Positions 27,571-37,182 of a stretch of DNA of 64,000 nucleotides are shown one piece after another. The notes beneath the pieces are model-generated. The model was not told where the DNA came from and did no database searches. It saw only the letters and a list, made by a program, of their open reading frames with translations. Source of the stretch: a virus; IMG/VR virus record IMGVR_UViG_3300035670_000026, positions 1 through 64,000 of that record; one strand, 5' to 3'. Made by a program: the position numbers and the translations under genes. How positions within the stretch are numbered: position 1 is the stretch's first letter; every line of letters begins with the position of its first letter.

Positions 27571-28218
27571 ATGGCGACTTTAAATAATTCAAATATTGTA
27601 AATGGTAATATAATTGAACCAAATGATTTACTTCAATTATATGACGCTTTTAATTACGCCGGAGCATCTACAAAATACGATGTTACTTTAAGTGGTAGTC
27701 TAACAGGAAATGCAACAACAGCAACTACTGCTACTACAGCAACTTCAGCTTCAAATATCACAACAGCTACAACAAGTTCTGGTGTATATTATCCTGTAGT
27801 TGTTAGTGGGGTTGGAACTAAACCTCCAAAATTACTTTCTAATTTTGAATTATCTGGAAGTGTACTAAATAATATCACAGCATCCCGTGCTATTACAGCA
27901 TCATATGCTAATAATTCAATAGTAAGCCAAGTAAATTCTCAGGAATATGATAATGGAGGTATTGTAACTGGTGATTTTAAATTTATTGCTGGTAAAGCAT
28001 TTATGTCCTCAGGTAATGCTACTAGTAGTGCATTTCCTACTTTAACAGGAAAAACATTAGGTATAGATGCTTGGATTACAGCAAATTATCAAATAGGAGC
28101 AATAGCTAATGATATATTAATGATAACAGATATTACTCCAACAGGAGAAATTTTATTTGATGGTTTTGCAGGAAACCCAGCTTCAGCAGAAATAATATTT
28201 ACAGGTATATACATTTAA
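27571..28218 (+). CDS. Putative tail fiber-like protein
   Basis: GNATTATTATTA repeat; S/T-rich. Confidence 0.5.
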   Translation: MATLNNSNIVNGNIIEPNDLLQLYDAFNYAGASTKYDVTLSGSLTGNATTATTATTATSASNITTATTSSGVYYPVVVSGVGTKPPKLLSNFELSGSVLNNITASRAITASYANNSIVSQVNSQEYDNGGIVTGDFKFIAGKAFMSSGNATSSAFPTLTGKTLGIDAWITANYQIGAIANDILMITDITPTGEILFDGFAGNPASAEIIFTGIYI

Positions 28219-28234
28219 TAAAAAAAAACAATTT

Positions 28235-28696
28235 ATGAAAAATTGGTTATATAAAAATAAGGAGGTTATCTCTATGGAGAATTTACCTCAAAATGCTTTT
28301 GGTTTTATATACGTAACTACACATATACCAAGTGGGATATCGTATATTGGGAAAAAAGCGTTATATCATAACGTTAAACGCAAATTAACAAAAAAAGAAT
28401 TAGCAGAGCAAACCGGCAGAGGTCGCAAACCAACAACTCAAGTTGTTCAAAAAGAAAGCGACTGGAAAACATATTTCGGTTCGGCTAAACCAATTCAAGA
28501 ACTAATCAAATCTGGTAAGCAAGACGAATTAAAACGAGAAATTCTACAAGTAGTCGACAATAAAAAATTGTTAACTTATTATGAGTGTAAATATCTTTTT
28601 ATGATGGGTGTTTTAGAACATCCCGAACTTTATTTTAATGACAATATTTTGGGAAAATTTTTCTCACGTGACTTTGGTTCTCCAAAAGAGGATTAG
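28235..28696 (+). CDS. GIY-YIG-like (Seg-type) nuclease
   Basis: FGFIYVTT..YIGKK, WKTYFGS, YFNDNI. Confidence 0.7.
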   Translation: MKNWLYKNKEVISMENLPQNAFGFIYVTTHIPSGISYIGKKALYHNVKRKLTKKELAEQTGRGRKPTTQVVQKESDWKTYFGSAKPIQELIKSGKQDELKREILQVVDNKKLLTYYECKYLFMMGVLEHPELYFNDNILGKFFSRDFGSPKED

Positions 28697-28708
28697 TACA
28701 TTGTCGTT

Positions 28709-29638
28709 ATGATAAATCAATCTTTAGTATCACTGGCTAACTCTGTACTTGGTACAGGTAAAGCAACAGCAAGAGGTAACTATGCTTACCACTGCCCGTT
28801 GTGTCACCATCCAAAGCCAAAACTAGAGATTAATATGACCGAAAATACTAAAGGCGAAAACGCTTGGCATTGTTGGGTTTGTGATAAAAAAGGTAAAAAA
28901 TTATATCAATTATTTAAAGCAGTAGAAGTTTCACCTGAAATAATGGCTGAATTAAAAGCTATTGTGAAATATACTGGACCTGAAACAGACGTTAAAATTG
29001 AAGAAAAACTTAAATTGCCTAAAGAATTTCAACCCTTAACTAATATCCAAAAATCAAATATTATTGGAAGGCATGCTTTAGCATATTTAAAATCTCGAGG
29101 TATTACAGAAGAAGATATACTTAAATATGGTATTGGATACTGTGAAACAGGTCGTTATGCTAACATGGTTATTATACCATCCTACGATGTTAAAGGAAAT
29201 ATAAACTACTTTACAGGAAGATCGTTTGAGAAAGAACCATCTGTAAAATATAGAAACCCAACAGTATCTCGTGATATTATTCCATTTGAATTGTTTATCA
29301 ATTGGGATTTACCTTTAATATTGTGTGAGGGTCCATTCGATGCTATTGCTATTAAACGAAACGTTATACCACTTTTAGGTAAAAATATACAATCAAATTT
29401 AATGAAGAAGATTGTTATGTCTTCTGTTGAAAAAATATACATTGCTCTTGACCGTGATGCCCAAAAACAGGCATTAGATTTCTGTGAAAAACTTATGAAT
29501 GAAGGTAAAGAAGTATATTTAGTAGACATGAGAGATAAAGATCCAAGTGAAATGGGGTTCGCTGGCTTCACTAATCTTATACAAGAAACTTACCCCTTAA
29601 CCTTCTCAGGTTTACTTGAGAAAAAACTTTTCCTATGA
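28709..29638 (+). CDS. DNA primase (zinc finger plus TOPRIM)
   Basis: CPLC..HCWVC; CEGPFDA; ALDRDA; KDPSE. Confidence 0.85.
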   Translation: MINQSLVSLANSVLGTGKATARGNYAYHCPLCHHPKPKLEINMTENTKGENAWHCWVCDKKGKKLYQLFKAVEVSPEIMAELKAIVKYTGPETDVKIEEKLKLPKEFQPLTNIQKSNIIGRHALAYLKSRGITEEDILKYGIGYCETGRYANMVIIPSYDVKGNINYFTGRSFEKEPSVKYRNPTVSRDIIPFELFINWDLPLILCEGPFDAIAIKRNVIPLLGKNIQSNLMKKIVMSSVEKIYIALDRDAQKQALDFCEKLMNEGKEVYLVDMRDKDPSEMGFAGFTNLIQETYPLTFSGLLEKKLFL

Positions 29639-30408
29639 AAAAAAGAAACATTAAACATGTTAACAATCGAATCCTAGAAATTTCAGAAGATTCTAAACAA
29701 ATTACCCTTCCTGATTCAAGATACTATAGACGAAATGGAGAATATTATCCATCCATTACCCACGTTTTAGGTTCTTATCCTAAAGGTAAACATTTTGAGG
29801 AATGGCTTAAAAACATGGGTCGCTCAGCAGACTATATTGTTAAAAAAGCAGCTGAAGATGGAACTAAAGTTCATGAAATGATTGAAGATTATTTAGAAGG
29901 TAAAGAAATGAACTTTTTAAATCAATATGGTAATCCACAATATGATCCTTTTATTTGGCAAATGTTTTTACGTTTTGTTGATTTTTGGGAAACTTGTAAA
30001 CCTGAATTAATTGATCAAGAAATTCATCTTTATTCTGATGAACTTAAGGTAGCAGGTACAACAGATTTAGTTTGTAAAATTAATAATGAATTATGGATTA
30101 TTGATCATAAAACTTCAAACCACATCCAGACTACTTATGAATTACAAGCGGCAGTTTATGCTCATTGTTATGAGGAATGTTTTGGTGTTAAACCTGATAA
30201 GACTGGTATTTTATGGTTAAAATCTTCTAAACGTAAAGGTTCAAAAGATAAAATGCAAGGTAAAGGATGGGAAATGATTTTACCATCTCGCACACAGGAA
30301 GAAAATATTGAAATTTTTAAAACAGTAAAACGTTTATTTGATTTGGAAAATCCAAATGAGGCACCAGTCTTTACTGAATTTAAAACGCAAGTAAAAAGAG
30401 AAATATAA
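29635..30408 (+). CDS. PD-(D/E)XK exonuclease
   Basis: YPSIT, GTKVH, AGTTD, IIDHKTS, QAAVY. Confidence 0.8.
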   Translation: MKKRNIKHVNNRILEISEDSKQITLPDSRYYRRNGEYYPSITHVLGSYPKGKHFEEWLKNMGRSADYIVKKAAEDGTKVHEMIEDYLEGKEMNFLNQYGNPQYDPFIWQMFLRFVDFWETCKPELIDQEIHLYSDELKVAGTTDLVCKINNELWIIDHKTSNHIQTTYELQAAVYAHCYEECFGVKPDKTGILWLKSSKRKGSKDKMQGKGWEMILPSRTQEENIEIFKTVKRLFDLENPNEAPVFTEFKTQVKREI

Positions 30409-30429
30409 TATTTATGACAAACCCTATCT

Positions 30430-31191
30430 ATGATTGGACTGATATCAATTTTAAAAGAAATTCAAGGCAAGCCAAAAGCAATTTTCATGGCAGGCCCTGC
30501 TGGTTCAGGTAAATCATTTATTTCTAAACAATTAGTACCTTCTAATTTTCAAACTATTAATGTAGATGATACCTATGAGGAATTACTTAAAACCTCAGGT
30601 ATTGGAATGAAGTTAGCTAAAATGTCGCCTGATGAATTAAAAAAAGCAGGTGAGTTAATGGGCCAAGCAAGAAAAACTACAGATATTAAATATAAAGAAG
30701 CATTAAAAAATGCTAACAATATTTTAATTGATAGTGTAGGAGGTTCCTCTAAAACCTTACTTAAGAAAAAACAAGAATTAGAAGACTTAGGTTACGATAC
30801 GGCAATGATAATGACTTATGTATCGCCTATTACCTCATTAGAACGTAATATGAAGCGAGATAGATCATTATTGCCGAGTATTGTGATTCGTTCTTGGCGC
30901 GACGTAAATAAAAATATAGACGTATATAAACAAGCATTTGGAAATAATTTTACAATAGTAGATTTAAATCCGGAAGATGCTAATAAGGAATTTGATGAAG
31001 AATTTATTTATAAAACTTACATTGAACCCTTAGGACAGGTAGGTAAAGAAAAATCACCTGAGGAATTAAAAAAATCTAAAGCAGAATCAGAACAAATATA
31101 TTCAGATATTAAACAATCTCTTAAATCACAACCTGATTTTGATACTAAAGAGCAAGCAAAAATAAAAATCACTAACTTTATACAATCATGA
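30430..31191 (+). CDS. Zeta-toxin/AAA_33-like P-loop kinase
   Basis: AGPAGSGKS, INVDD, SLERNMKRDR. Confidence 0.7.
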   Translation: MIGLISILKEIQGKPKAIFMAGPAGSGKSFISKQLVPSNFQTINVDDTYEELLKTSGIGMKLAKMSPDELKKAGELMGQARKTTDIKYKEALKNANNILIDSVGGSSKTLLKKKQELEDLGYDTAMIMTYVSPITSLERNMKRDRSLLPSIVIRSWRDVNKNIDVYKQAFGNNFTIVDLNPEDANKEFDEEFIYKTYIEPLGQVGKEKSPEELKKSKAESEQIYSDIKQSLKSQPDFDTKEQAKIKITNFIQS

Positions 31192-31586
31192 AATTAACCG
31201 ACTTATTAAACGAAGTAGAAAAAGAAGAAAAATCCGTTAAAGAAATGACTCCTGTTGTTGAAGCAGAAAGCATTCCTGTAGATGAGATTGGTAAATTCTT
31301 TATAGTTGAAAAACCAACCAAAGATTCAGAAATGGAAGACGTAGTATACGAATTAACGCTTCCTGAATTTGCTCTTCAAATTAAAGGTGGTTTAGAAATT
31401 AAAAATATTTTAGGTGTTTATAAACAAAAATCTGATGCTAATAGAGCTGGAACTGAAGCTATGAAAGCATATCAAGACACCCTTAAGGAAATGGAAGATG
31501 CTATGGAAGCTTTCCGTGCCGCTAAAAAAGATATTAAAGAGAAAAAAGCAGTTGCTAAAGAAAAAATTCAAAAACTTAAACAGTAA
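31188..31586 (+). CDS. Hypothetical protein
   Basis: MKLTDLLNE leader. Confidence 0.6.
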   Translation: MKLTDLLNEVEKEEKSVKEMTPVVEAESIPVDEIGKFFIVEKPTKDSEMEDVVYELTLPEFALQIKGGLEIKNILGVYKQKSDANRAGTEAMKAYQDTLKEMEDAMEAFRAAKKDIKEKKAVAKEKIQKLKQ

Positions 31587-33265
31587 TGAACTCCCTTACC
31601 AAAGTCTTATTAGAAGATGTTTTGGAGGCGGAGAAAAAGAAAGTAACCGCTATTTATGGAGGTGGATTTAAACCACCTACCAAAGGACATTATAATGTTG
31701 TACAAAAAGCAGCTGAGCAAAACCCTGAAATTGATGATTTTATCATTTTTGTGGGTGGGGGCGAGCGTGATGGTATTACTCAAGGTGAATCTATCCAGGT
31801 TTGGGAATTATATAAAAAATATCTTCCATTAAAAGTAAGGATTGAACCGGCAAAAGCACCAATAGGTGATATCTTAAAATATGCAAAAGAACACCCGGAT
31901 GAAGAAATACTTTGGGTAATAGGTGCTCGCGAAAATAATCCTGAAGATTTTGCAGATATTGCTTCTAGAACAAGAACAATAAATAAATATCCAAATTTAG
32001 AATTACGAGTTATTCAAACAGCAGGTGGTGTTAGTGGTACCGCTACTCGTAAAGCAATTAAAGATAATAATAAAGAACAATTCTTTCACCTCATTCCCGA
32101 TATTCCTGAAAAAGAACAAGTTTGGGACATTGTGTCTCCTGTTATTAAAGAAGGTTTTATGGGAGATATAAAATCTAAATTTAATAAATTTATATCTGCT
32201 ATTAAACAAGAAAACCAAGAAACTAAAGAGGTAGTTGGTTTATTGATTAAATCTGCTCAAGGTAAAATAGAATTAACAGATAAGGATAAAGAATATATAG
32301 GCAACCAATTAAAAGATGTTTTAAAATTAATTGGTTTAACGGCAATTGCTACTTTGCCTGGTGGGTTTATTGCTGCTGCTTTAATTAAATTATTTAAGGC
32401 CGAAGCATTAGTTACTCCATCTACTTTTGTAAATGAAGCAGATCCTAAAAAAGGAACAGGCAAAAAACCAAAAGGATCAGGCCGTAGATTATACACAGAT
32501 GAAGACCCAAAAGATACAGTAGGTATTTCTTTTAAAACAAAAGAAGATATTGTTGATACTTTAAATAAAAAATCATTTAAAGCTAAATCACATGCTCGTC
32601 AATCACAAATTATTAATTTAATACATCAACGAGTAAGAGCCGCTTATGGTAAAGCAAAAGATCCTGAGGTAAAAGCTCGTTTAAAAAGAGGATTAGATTA
32701 TATTGAATCACGTAAAGAGGCATCTAAAGAAAAAACTCAACGTTTAAAAAATTTAAAAGAGATAGTAACAAATACAGAAGTTATTTGTGATAATTGTGGT
32801 TGGAAATGGGATAAAGAAGATGGTGGAGATGATTTATATGTTTGTCATAAATGTGGACATGATAATACTCCAACTTCTTTAAAAGAAGGTTGGAATTTGC
32901 AAGATGCTTTTGTATCTTTATCAAAATTCATGATGGTTAATGGGATGAATATCACCCCATTACCTAAAATTAAAACTATACCAGATGATAAAGAAAATGC
33001 ATCTAATCTTTTAGGTAAAACGGCTTATTATAATCCAACCGAAAAGTCTATTACTTTGTTTACAATGGATAGACACCCAAAAGATATATTGCGTTCATTT
33101 GCTCACGAAATGGTTCATCATGAACAAAATTTAGAAGGAAAATTAAATAATATTAACACAACCAATACAAACGAGAACGGAGATTTGCCTGAAGTTGAAA
33201 GTGAAGCATACGAAAAAGGAAATATAATGTTGCGCAATTGGGAAGATTCAATTAAAAATGTATAA
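31586..33265 (+). CDS. Multidomain protein: nucleotidyltransferase-like domain, zinc ribbon and HEXXH metallopeptidase-like domain
   Basis: GGGFKPPTKGH..VSGTATR; CDNC..CHKC; AHEMVHH..E. Confidence 0.7.
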   Translation: MNSLTKVLLEDVLEAEKKKVTAIYGGGFKPPTKGHYNVVQKAAEQNPEIDDFIIFVGGGERDGITQGESIQVWELYKKYLPLKVRIEPAKAPIGDILKYAKEHPDEEILWVIGARENNPEDFADIASRTRTINKYPNLELRVIQTAGGVSGTATRKAIKDNNKEQFFHLIPDIPEKEQVWDIVSPVIKEGFMGDIKSKFNKFISAIKQENQETKEVVGLLIKSAQGKIELTDKDKEYIGNQLKDVLKLIGLTAIATLPGGFIAAALIKLFKAEALVTPSTFVNEADPKKGTGKKPKGSGRRLYTDEDPKDTVGISFKTKEDIVDTLNKKSFKAKSHARQSQIINLIHQRVRAAYGKAKDPEVKARLKRGLDYIESRKEASKEKTQRLKNLKEIVTNTEVICDNCGWKWDKEDGGDDLYVCHKCGHDNTPTSLKEGWNLQDAFVSLSKFMMVNGMNITPLPKIKTIPDDKENASNLLGKTAYYNPTEKSITLFTMDRHPKDILRSFAHEMVHHEQNLEGKLNNINTTNTNENGDLPEVESEAYEKGNIMLRNWEDSIKNV

Positions 33266-33791
33266 ACTAACCGATTTATATAAACAACTTAAAGAGGAAA
33301 CAACTGAAGATCCTCAATCACAATATAAAATTTATTGTGATATGGACGGTGTTTTAACTGACTTTGATAAACGTTTTGAACAATTTGGAGGTATGCCTCC
33401 TCAACAATTTGAAAAAGAAAAAGGTAAAGAACAATTCTGGAACCTTATTGATAAGCAAATAGGTGTTAAATTCTGGGCAGGGATGCCTTGGATGTCTGAT
33501 GGTAAAGAGTTGTGGAATCATATTAAACAATATAACCCAACTTTATTATCTGCTCCTTCACGTGAAAATGAATCGCGTTTAGGTAAACGTGTTTGGGTTA
33601 AAAATAACATTCCGGGTACTCCTTTAATTTTAGCAGCAGCTGAAAAAAAGAAAAATTATGCTCGAAAAAATGCAATACTTATTGACGACAGAGTATCCAA
33701 TATTAACGACTGGAATACAGCCGGAGGTATTGGAATTCTTCATACATCAACAACATCAACATTAGAAAAATTAGCAAAATATGGCCTTTAG
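33258..33791 (+). CDS. HAD-family 5'(3')-deoxyribonucleotidase-like phosphatase
   Basis: DMDGVLTD, LSAP, GK..W, LIDD. Confidence 0.8.
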   Translation: MYKLTDLYKQLKEETTEDPQSQYKIYCDMDGVLTDFDKRFEQFGGMPPQQFEKEKGKEQFWNLIDKQIGVKFWAGMPWMSDGKELWNHIKQYNPTLLSAPSRENESRLGKRVWVKNNIPGTPLILAAAEKKKNYARKNAILIDDRVSNINDWNTAGGIGILHTSTTSTLEKLAKYGL

Positions 33792-34104
33792 AAGAGTAGT
33801 AATTAGCGGAGAAAAAGTACAAGATACAAAAACAGATCTTGAAAACTTCCTTTCAAATAAAATATTCAAAACCAATTATCCAGGTATGAAAACTAAACTT
33901 ATAGTTTCACCAGTTAAAAATGATACTATTGTAATTGATTTGAATGGTGACGGTGCTGATACAGTAGCTAAAAAAGTTAAAGATATTGGACAAAAATATA
34001 AAATGAAAGCTGTTATCAAGCTTGAAAAACCAATGTCTGCTGTTAAAGAAGTTAAAGTTACAAAAACAAAATTAATTGAAATTATTAAAAATTTCAACAA
34101 ATAA
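33781..34104 (+). CDS. Hypothetical protein
   Basis: Coupled ORF. Confidence 0.55.
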   Translation: MAFRRVVISGEKVQDTKTDLENFLSNKIFKTNYPGMKTKLIVSPVKNDTIVIDLNGDGADTVAKKVKDIGQKYKMKAVIKLEKPMSAVKEVKVTKTKLIEIIKNFNK

Positions 34105-34676
34105 TGAATAACAATTCAGTTTTAAAAAAAGAGTTCAAACATAGAGATGTAGAACGTCTCCGTAATCTTGTCACGGGCAAGTACGGAGAAAAAACTACTA
34201 TGGGAACTGGTTATACAAAAGCAAAAGAATTTCACGATGAAGGCGATATTTGGGAAGAAGATGGTCGCACATGGACAATTAAAAATGGCGTAAAACAAAA
34301 TATTACAAAATTGGATAAGGCAAAAGAAGGTATTGTTTTACCTATTTTTTGTCCTTCTTGTTCTCGTACTATGAAACCTCATTTAGATAAAAGATGGTTT
34401 GTAATGTATGGACATTGCTTTGATTGTCAAGTAGATTTTGAACACGATCTTAGAAAACAAGGTAAACTTCAAGAATTTGAAAAACAAGTAACTAACCAAC
34501 ACTTAGAAGGAATGACTAAAGACTTTGAAGTTTGGTTTGATGAATTAATAAACGAAAAAAACCAATTTATCACTGAAAATGGTGATGTTGAAAAGTGGGA
34601 TGGTTCTGGGAAGGAACAGTTATTGAAATATAAACAAGAAGCACTAGAATATCTTAAAACACAGATTAAAGAATAA
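34104..34676 (+). CDS. Hypothetical zinc-finger protein
   Basis: CPSC..CFDC; EGDIWEEDGRTW. Confidence 0.6.
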   Translation: MNNNSVLKKEFKHRDVERLRNLVTGKYGEKTTMGTGYTKAKEFHDEGDIWEEDGRTWTIKNGVKQNITKLDKAKEGIVLPIFCPSCSRTMKPHLDKRWFVMYGHCFDCQVDFEHDLRKQGKLQEFEKQVTNQHLEGMTKDFEVWFDELINEKNQFITENGDVEKWDGSGKEQLLKYKQEALEYLKTQIKE

Positions 34677-35299
34677 TGGAAACTACTTTAATGATGGCCA
34701 CAACTATTATCGTTGCCCTAATTACAGCTGTAATTGGTCCCGCAGTATTAGAATGGGTTAGAGCAAAACTGAAAAAAACAGAAATTGAAGATAAAAAATC
34801 CCCAATAGATGAAGCCATTCATTTAAATACTCTAGTTGATGAACAATTAGATATTATAATAGAAGAACTAGGAGCTGATAGAGTGTGGGTAGCCCAATTT
34901 CATAATGGAGGACATTTTTATCCCACAGGCAAATCCATCCAGAAATTTTCTATATTTTATGAAAAAGTAGCTCCTGGGGCTGTTACTATCCAACATACAT
35001 TTCAAAATGTCCCTTGTTCATTATTCCCAAAAGCATTAGCTCAACTTTATAAAGAAGGTGAATTATCAATTCCAACATACGAGGAAGAAGATTACGATTT
35101 AACAGGCGTTTCATCACCATATGGTACTAAATCGTTTTATATGATTGCATTAGATGATTTACGTGACCATTTTATTGGTGTATTATCTATCGCTTATAAC
35201 AGAGAACATAAATTATCCAAAGAAGAATGGATATTTATACGACAGAAAGCAGGCGTTATTGGCACTTTGCTTGACGAGTACTTAAATAATAAAAAATGA
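34676..35299 (+). CDS. Membrane-anchored GAF-like domain protein
   Basis: N-terminal TM; LGADRVWVAQFHNG; FIGVL. Confidence 0.6.
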   Translation: METTLMMATTIIVALITAVIGPAVLEWVRAKLKKTEIEDKKSPIDEAIHLNTLVDEQLDIIIEELGADRVWVAQFHNGGHFYPTGKSIQKFSIFYEKVAPGAVTIQHTFQNVPCSLFPKALAQLYKEGELSIPTYEEEDYDLTGVSSPYGTKSFYMIALDDLRDHFIGVLSIAYNREHKLSKEEWIFIRQKAGVIGTLLDEYLNNKK

Positions 35300-35514
35300 A
35301 ATTTAGATTAGGACCTTTAGAAAATGCTAGAACCTTTTATTCACCAAAAGGTAATACAACTGTAGTTAGGGACACGGTTGTAAATCAAACTCCACCCCCC
35401 CAACCCGAAACTTTACCCGAACCAGAAATTGAGGTTGTAATGAGTGGTGAACCAACATTAGAAATCTTAGCAGAAGAAACTCCTGCTCCTAAAAATATAA
35501 AATCTAAAAAATGA
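35296..35514 (+). CDS. Hypothetical protein
   Basis: Coupled ORF, P/E-rich. Confidence 0.5.
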   Translation: MKFRLGPLENARTFYSPKGNTTVVRDTVVNQTPPPQPETLPEPEIEVVMSGEPTLEILAEETPAPKNIKSKK

Positions 35515-36866
35515 AAGACTTAAAGAAAATACAAGAATTTTTCTCTAATCCTTTAGAAGAAGAAAAATCATTCACAGACTATTCAAATAATGAGCTTTTA
35601 GCATACTATAAAAATACTAAAGATCCTAAAGCAAAGGGAGAATTAAATAAACGTGCTGAAAAAATTAAAGCTTTAACTAGAACAGATGTTAATGAAGCTG
35701 GGACAGGTGTTGATATGGCTAAAAAGCAATTAGATGCTTTAGGTGTTAAATATGAAATGTCAAAAACTGATAAAGTTAGACCATTCAAAGTAATTCACAA
35801 ACCAGTTAATAAATCAGATGAATTTTATGATAAATTTGAAGATATTGTTGATTTATTTAACTTAAAAGGTGTTGTAAAATCAGAAGCAGGATATGATTAT
35901 TCTTCATTTAAAGAATCAGTAAACGAACAAGCTGATCATGTATCTCCAATGGTGGTGAAAGCTTACAAAGAATACCTCCAAGCTAAAAAAGATGGGGATG
36001 GAGAAAAAGCATATCGCTACTATTCTAAAAAACTAAATAACACATACTCTACCAGAGCAGATAGAGATGCTATTGAAGCTATCTTAAAAAAGAAATATGG
36101 TAGTGCTTTTGACATTAAAGAATCAGTAAACGAACAAGAAGAAGATGCCGTTGATACAATTACAATGGATATTCCTTTATTCCTTCGTATGTTAGAATAT
36201 GCTAGAGAAGATGCTCAAAAAGACCTAGATTTACATGATGTTACCGAAAAAGCAAATAAATTAGGTAAAGAAAGAGGTATCTTATCTATGGAAGATTATG
36301 AAGAAATTGTAGGTGCTGCTGAAGAAATTGATGAAGCAGAATTAACCGAAGCTTATGTTCCTTCAAACATTAAAGACTTTGCTAAAAGAAAAGGTGTATC
36401 TTCTTTAGTTAATAAAGTAGCTGGTTGGGCTGAAAAAGTAGGTAAAAGAATTACTGGTGGAACTGCCATTGGATATAATTATTCCACTCTTATTTTAGAT
36501 ATGGAATACCAAGGTTCAGAAATTCGTATTAATACAGATAATGATACAATTGAGTTGTATGGTGAACCTGTTAGAAGTTTTAATGATTTTCAACGTGTAT
36601 ATATTGATGGGCAAGATGATAATATAGAAGAAAATGTTGCTCCTAATCACGATGGAAAAGCAGCACCTTATGGTTCTGGATACAAACCTTTAGAAGAAAA
36701 AATTGCTAAAGCATTAGACCAAATTAACGAAGAATTATGTCCCGCTGGTAAAGCATACATTAAAAGAAGATTAGCTGCTGGTGAAAAATCATCTGCTTAT
36801 CTTTCAGGCCGTGCCGTTAAAGTATGTAAAGGACAAATGTCTGGTACCTCTAAAAAGAAAAAATAA
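35511..36866 (+). CDS. Modular hypothetical protein (putative capsid cargo)
   Basis: Modules separated by VNE/LEE/IDE motifs. Confidence 0.6.
   Translation: MKDLKKIQEFFSNPLEEEKSFTDYSNNELLAYYKNTKDPKAKGELNKRAEKIKALTRTDVNEAGTGVDMAKKQLDALGVKYEMSKTDKVRPFKVIHKPVNKSDEFYDKFEDIVDLFNLKGVVKSEAGYDYSSFKESVNEQADHVSPMVVKAYKEYLQAKKDGDGEKAYRYYSKKLNNTYSTRADRDAIEAILKKKYGSAFDIKESVNEQEEDAVDTITMDIPLFLRMLEYAREDAQKDLDLHDVTEKANKLGKERGILSMEDYEEIVGAAEEIDEAELTEAYVPSNIKDFAKRKGVSSLVNKVAGWAEKVGKRITGGTAIGYNYSTLILDMEYQGSEIRINTDNDTIELYGEPVRSFNDFQRVYIDGQDDNIEENVAPNHDGKAAPYGSGYKPLEEKIAKALDQINEELCPAGKAYIKRRLAAGEKSSAYLSGRAVKVCKGQMSGTSKKKK
35908..36138 (+). repeat. 24-bp in-frame direct repeat TTAAAGAATCAGTAAACGAACAAG
   Basis: Copies at 35908-35931 and 36115-36138, 207 bp apart (KESVNEQ). 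Confidence 0.85.
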
Positions 36867-37156
36867 TGGACATTAATAGACTACAAGAAATAATTTCCGA
36901 ATCTTTACGTGACTGGTTTAAAAAAGAAGACTGGGTGCGCATTGATACTCAAGGTAATATTACTGGTCCTTGTGGTACTATGAAAAAAGGTGATGCTACA
37001 ACTCGTTGTTTGCCTCGTAAAAAAGCTCAATCATTATCTAAAGCTGAAAGAGCTAAAACTGCTCGTAAAAAAGCCGCTGGTTCTCGTAAAGGAAAACAAT
37101 TTGTAAAAAACACAAAAAAAGCAGAATACAAAAAAGGTACATACCAGAAAAAATAA
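36866..37156 (+). CDS. Small basic phage protein
   Basis: LRDWFKKEDWVRI..GPCG..RCLP. Confidence 0.6.
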   Translation: MDINRLQEIISESLRDWFKKEDWVRIDTQGNITGPCGTMKKGDATTRCLPRKKAQSLSKAERAKTARKKAAGSRKGKQFVKNTKKAEYKKGTYQKK

Positions 37157-37182
37157 CATATTTATAACATATACTTAATAAA

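Noticed and set aside
29635-30408. Cas4/CRISPR link for the exonuclease
   Set aside because: No Fe-S cysteine cluster pattern and no cas context; a typical phage exonuclease next to primase
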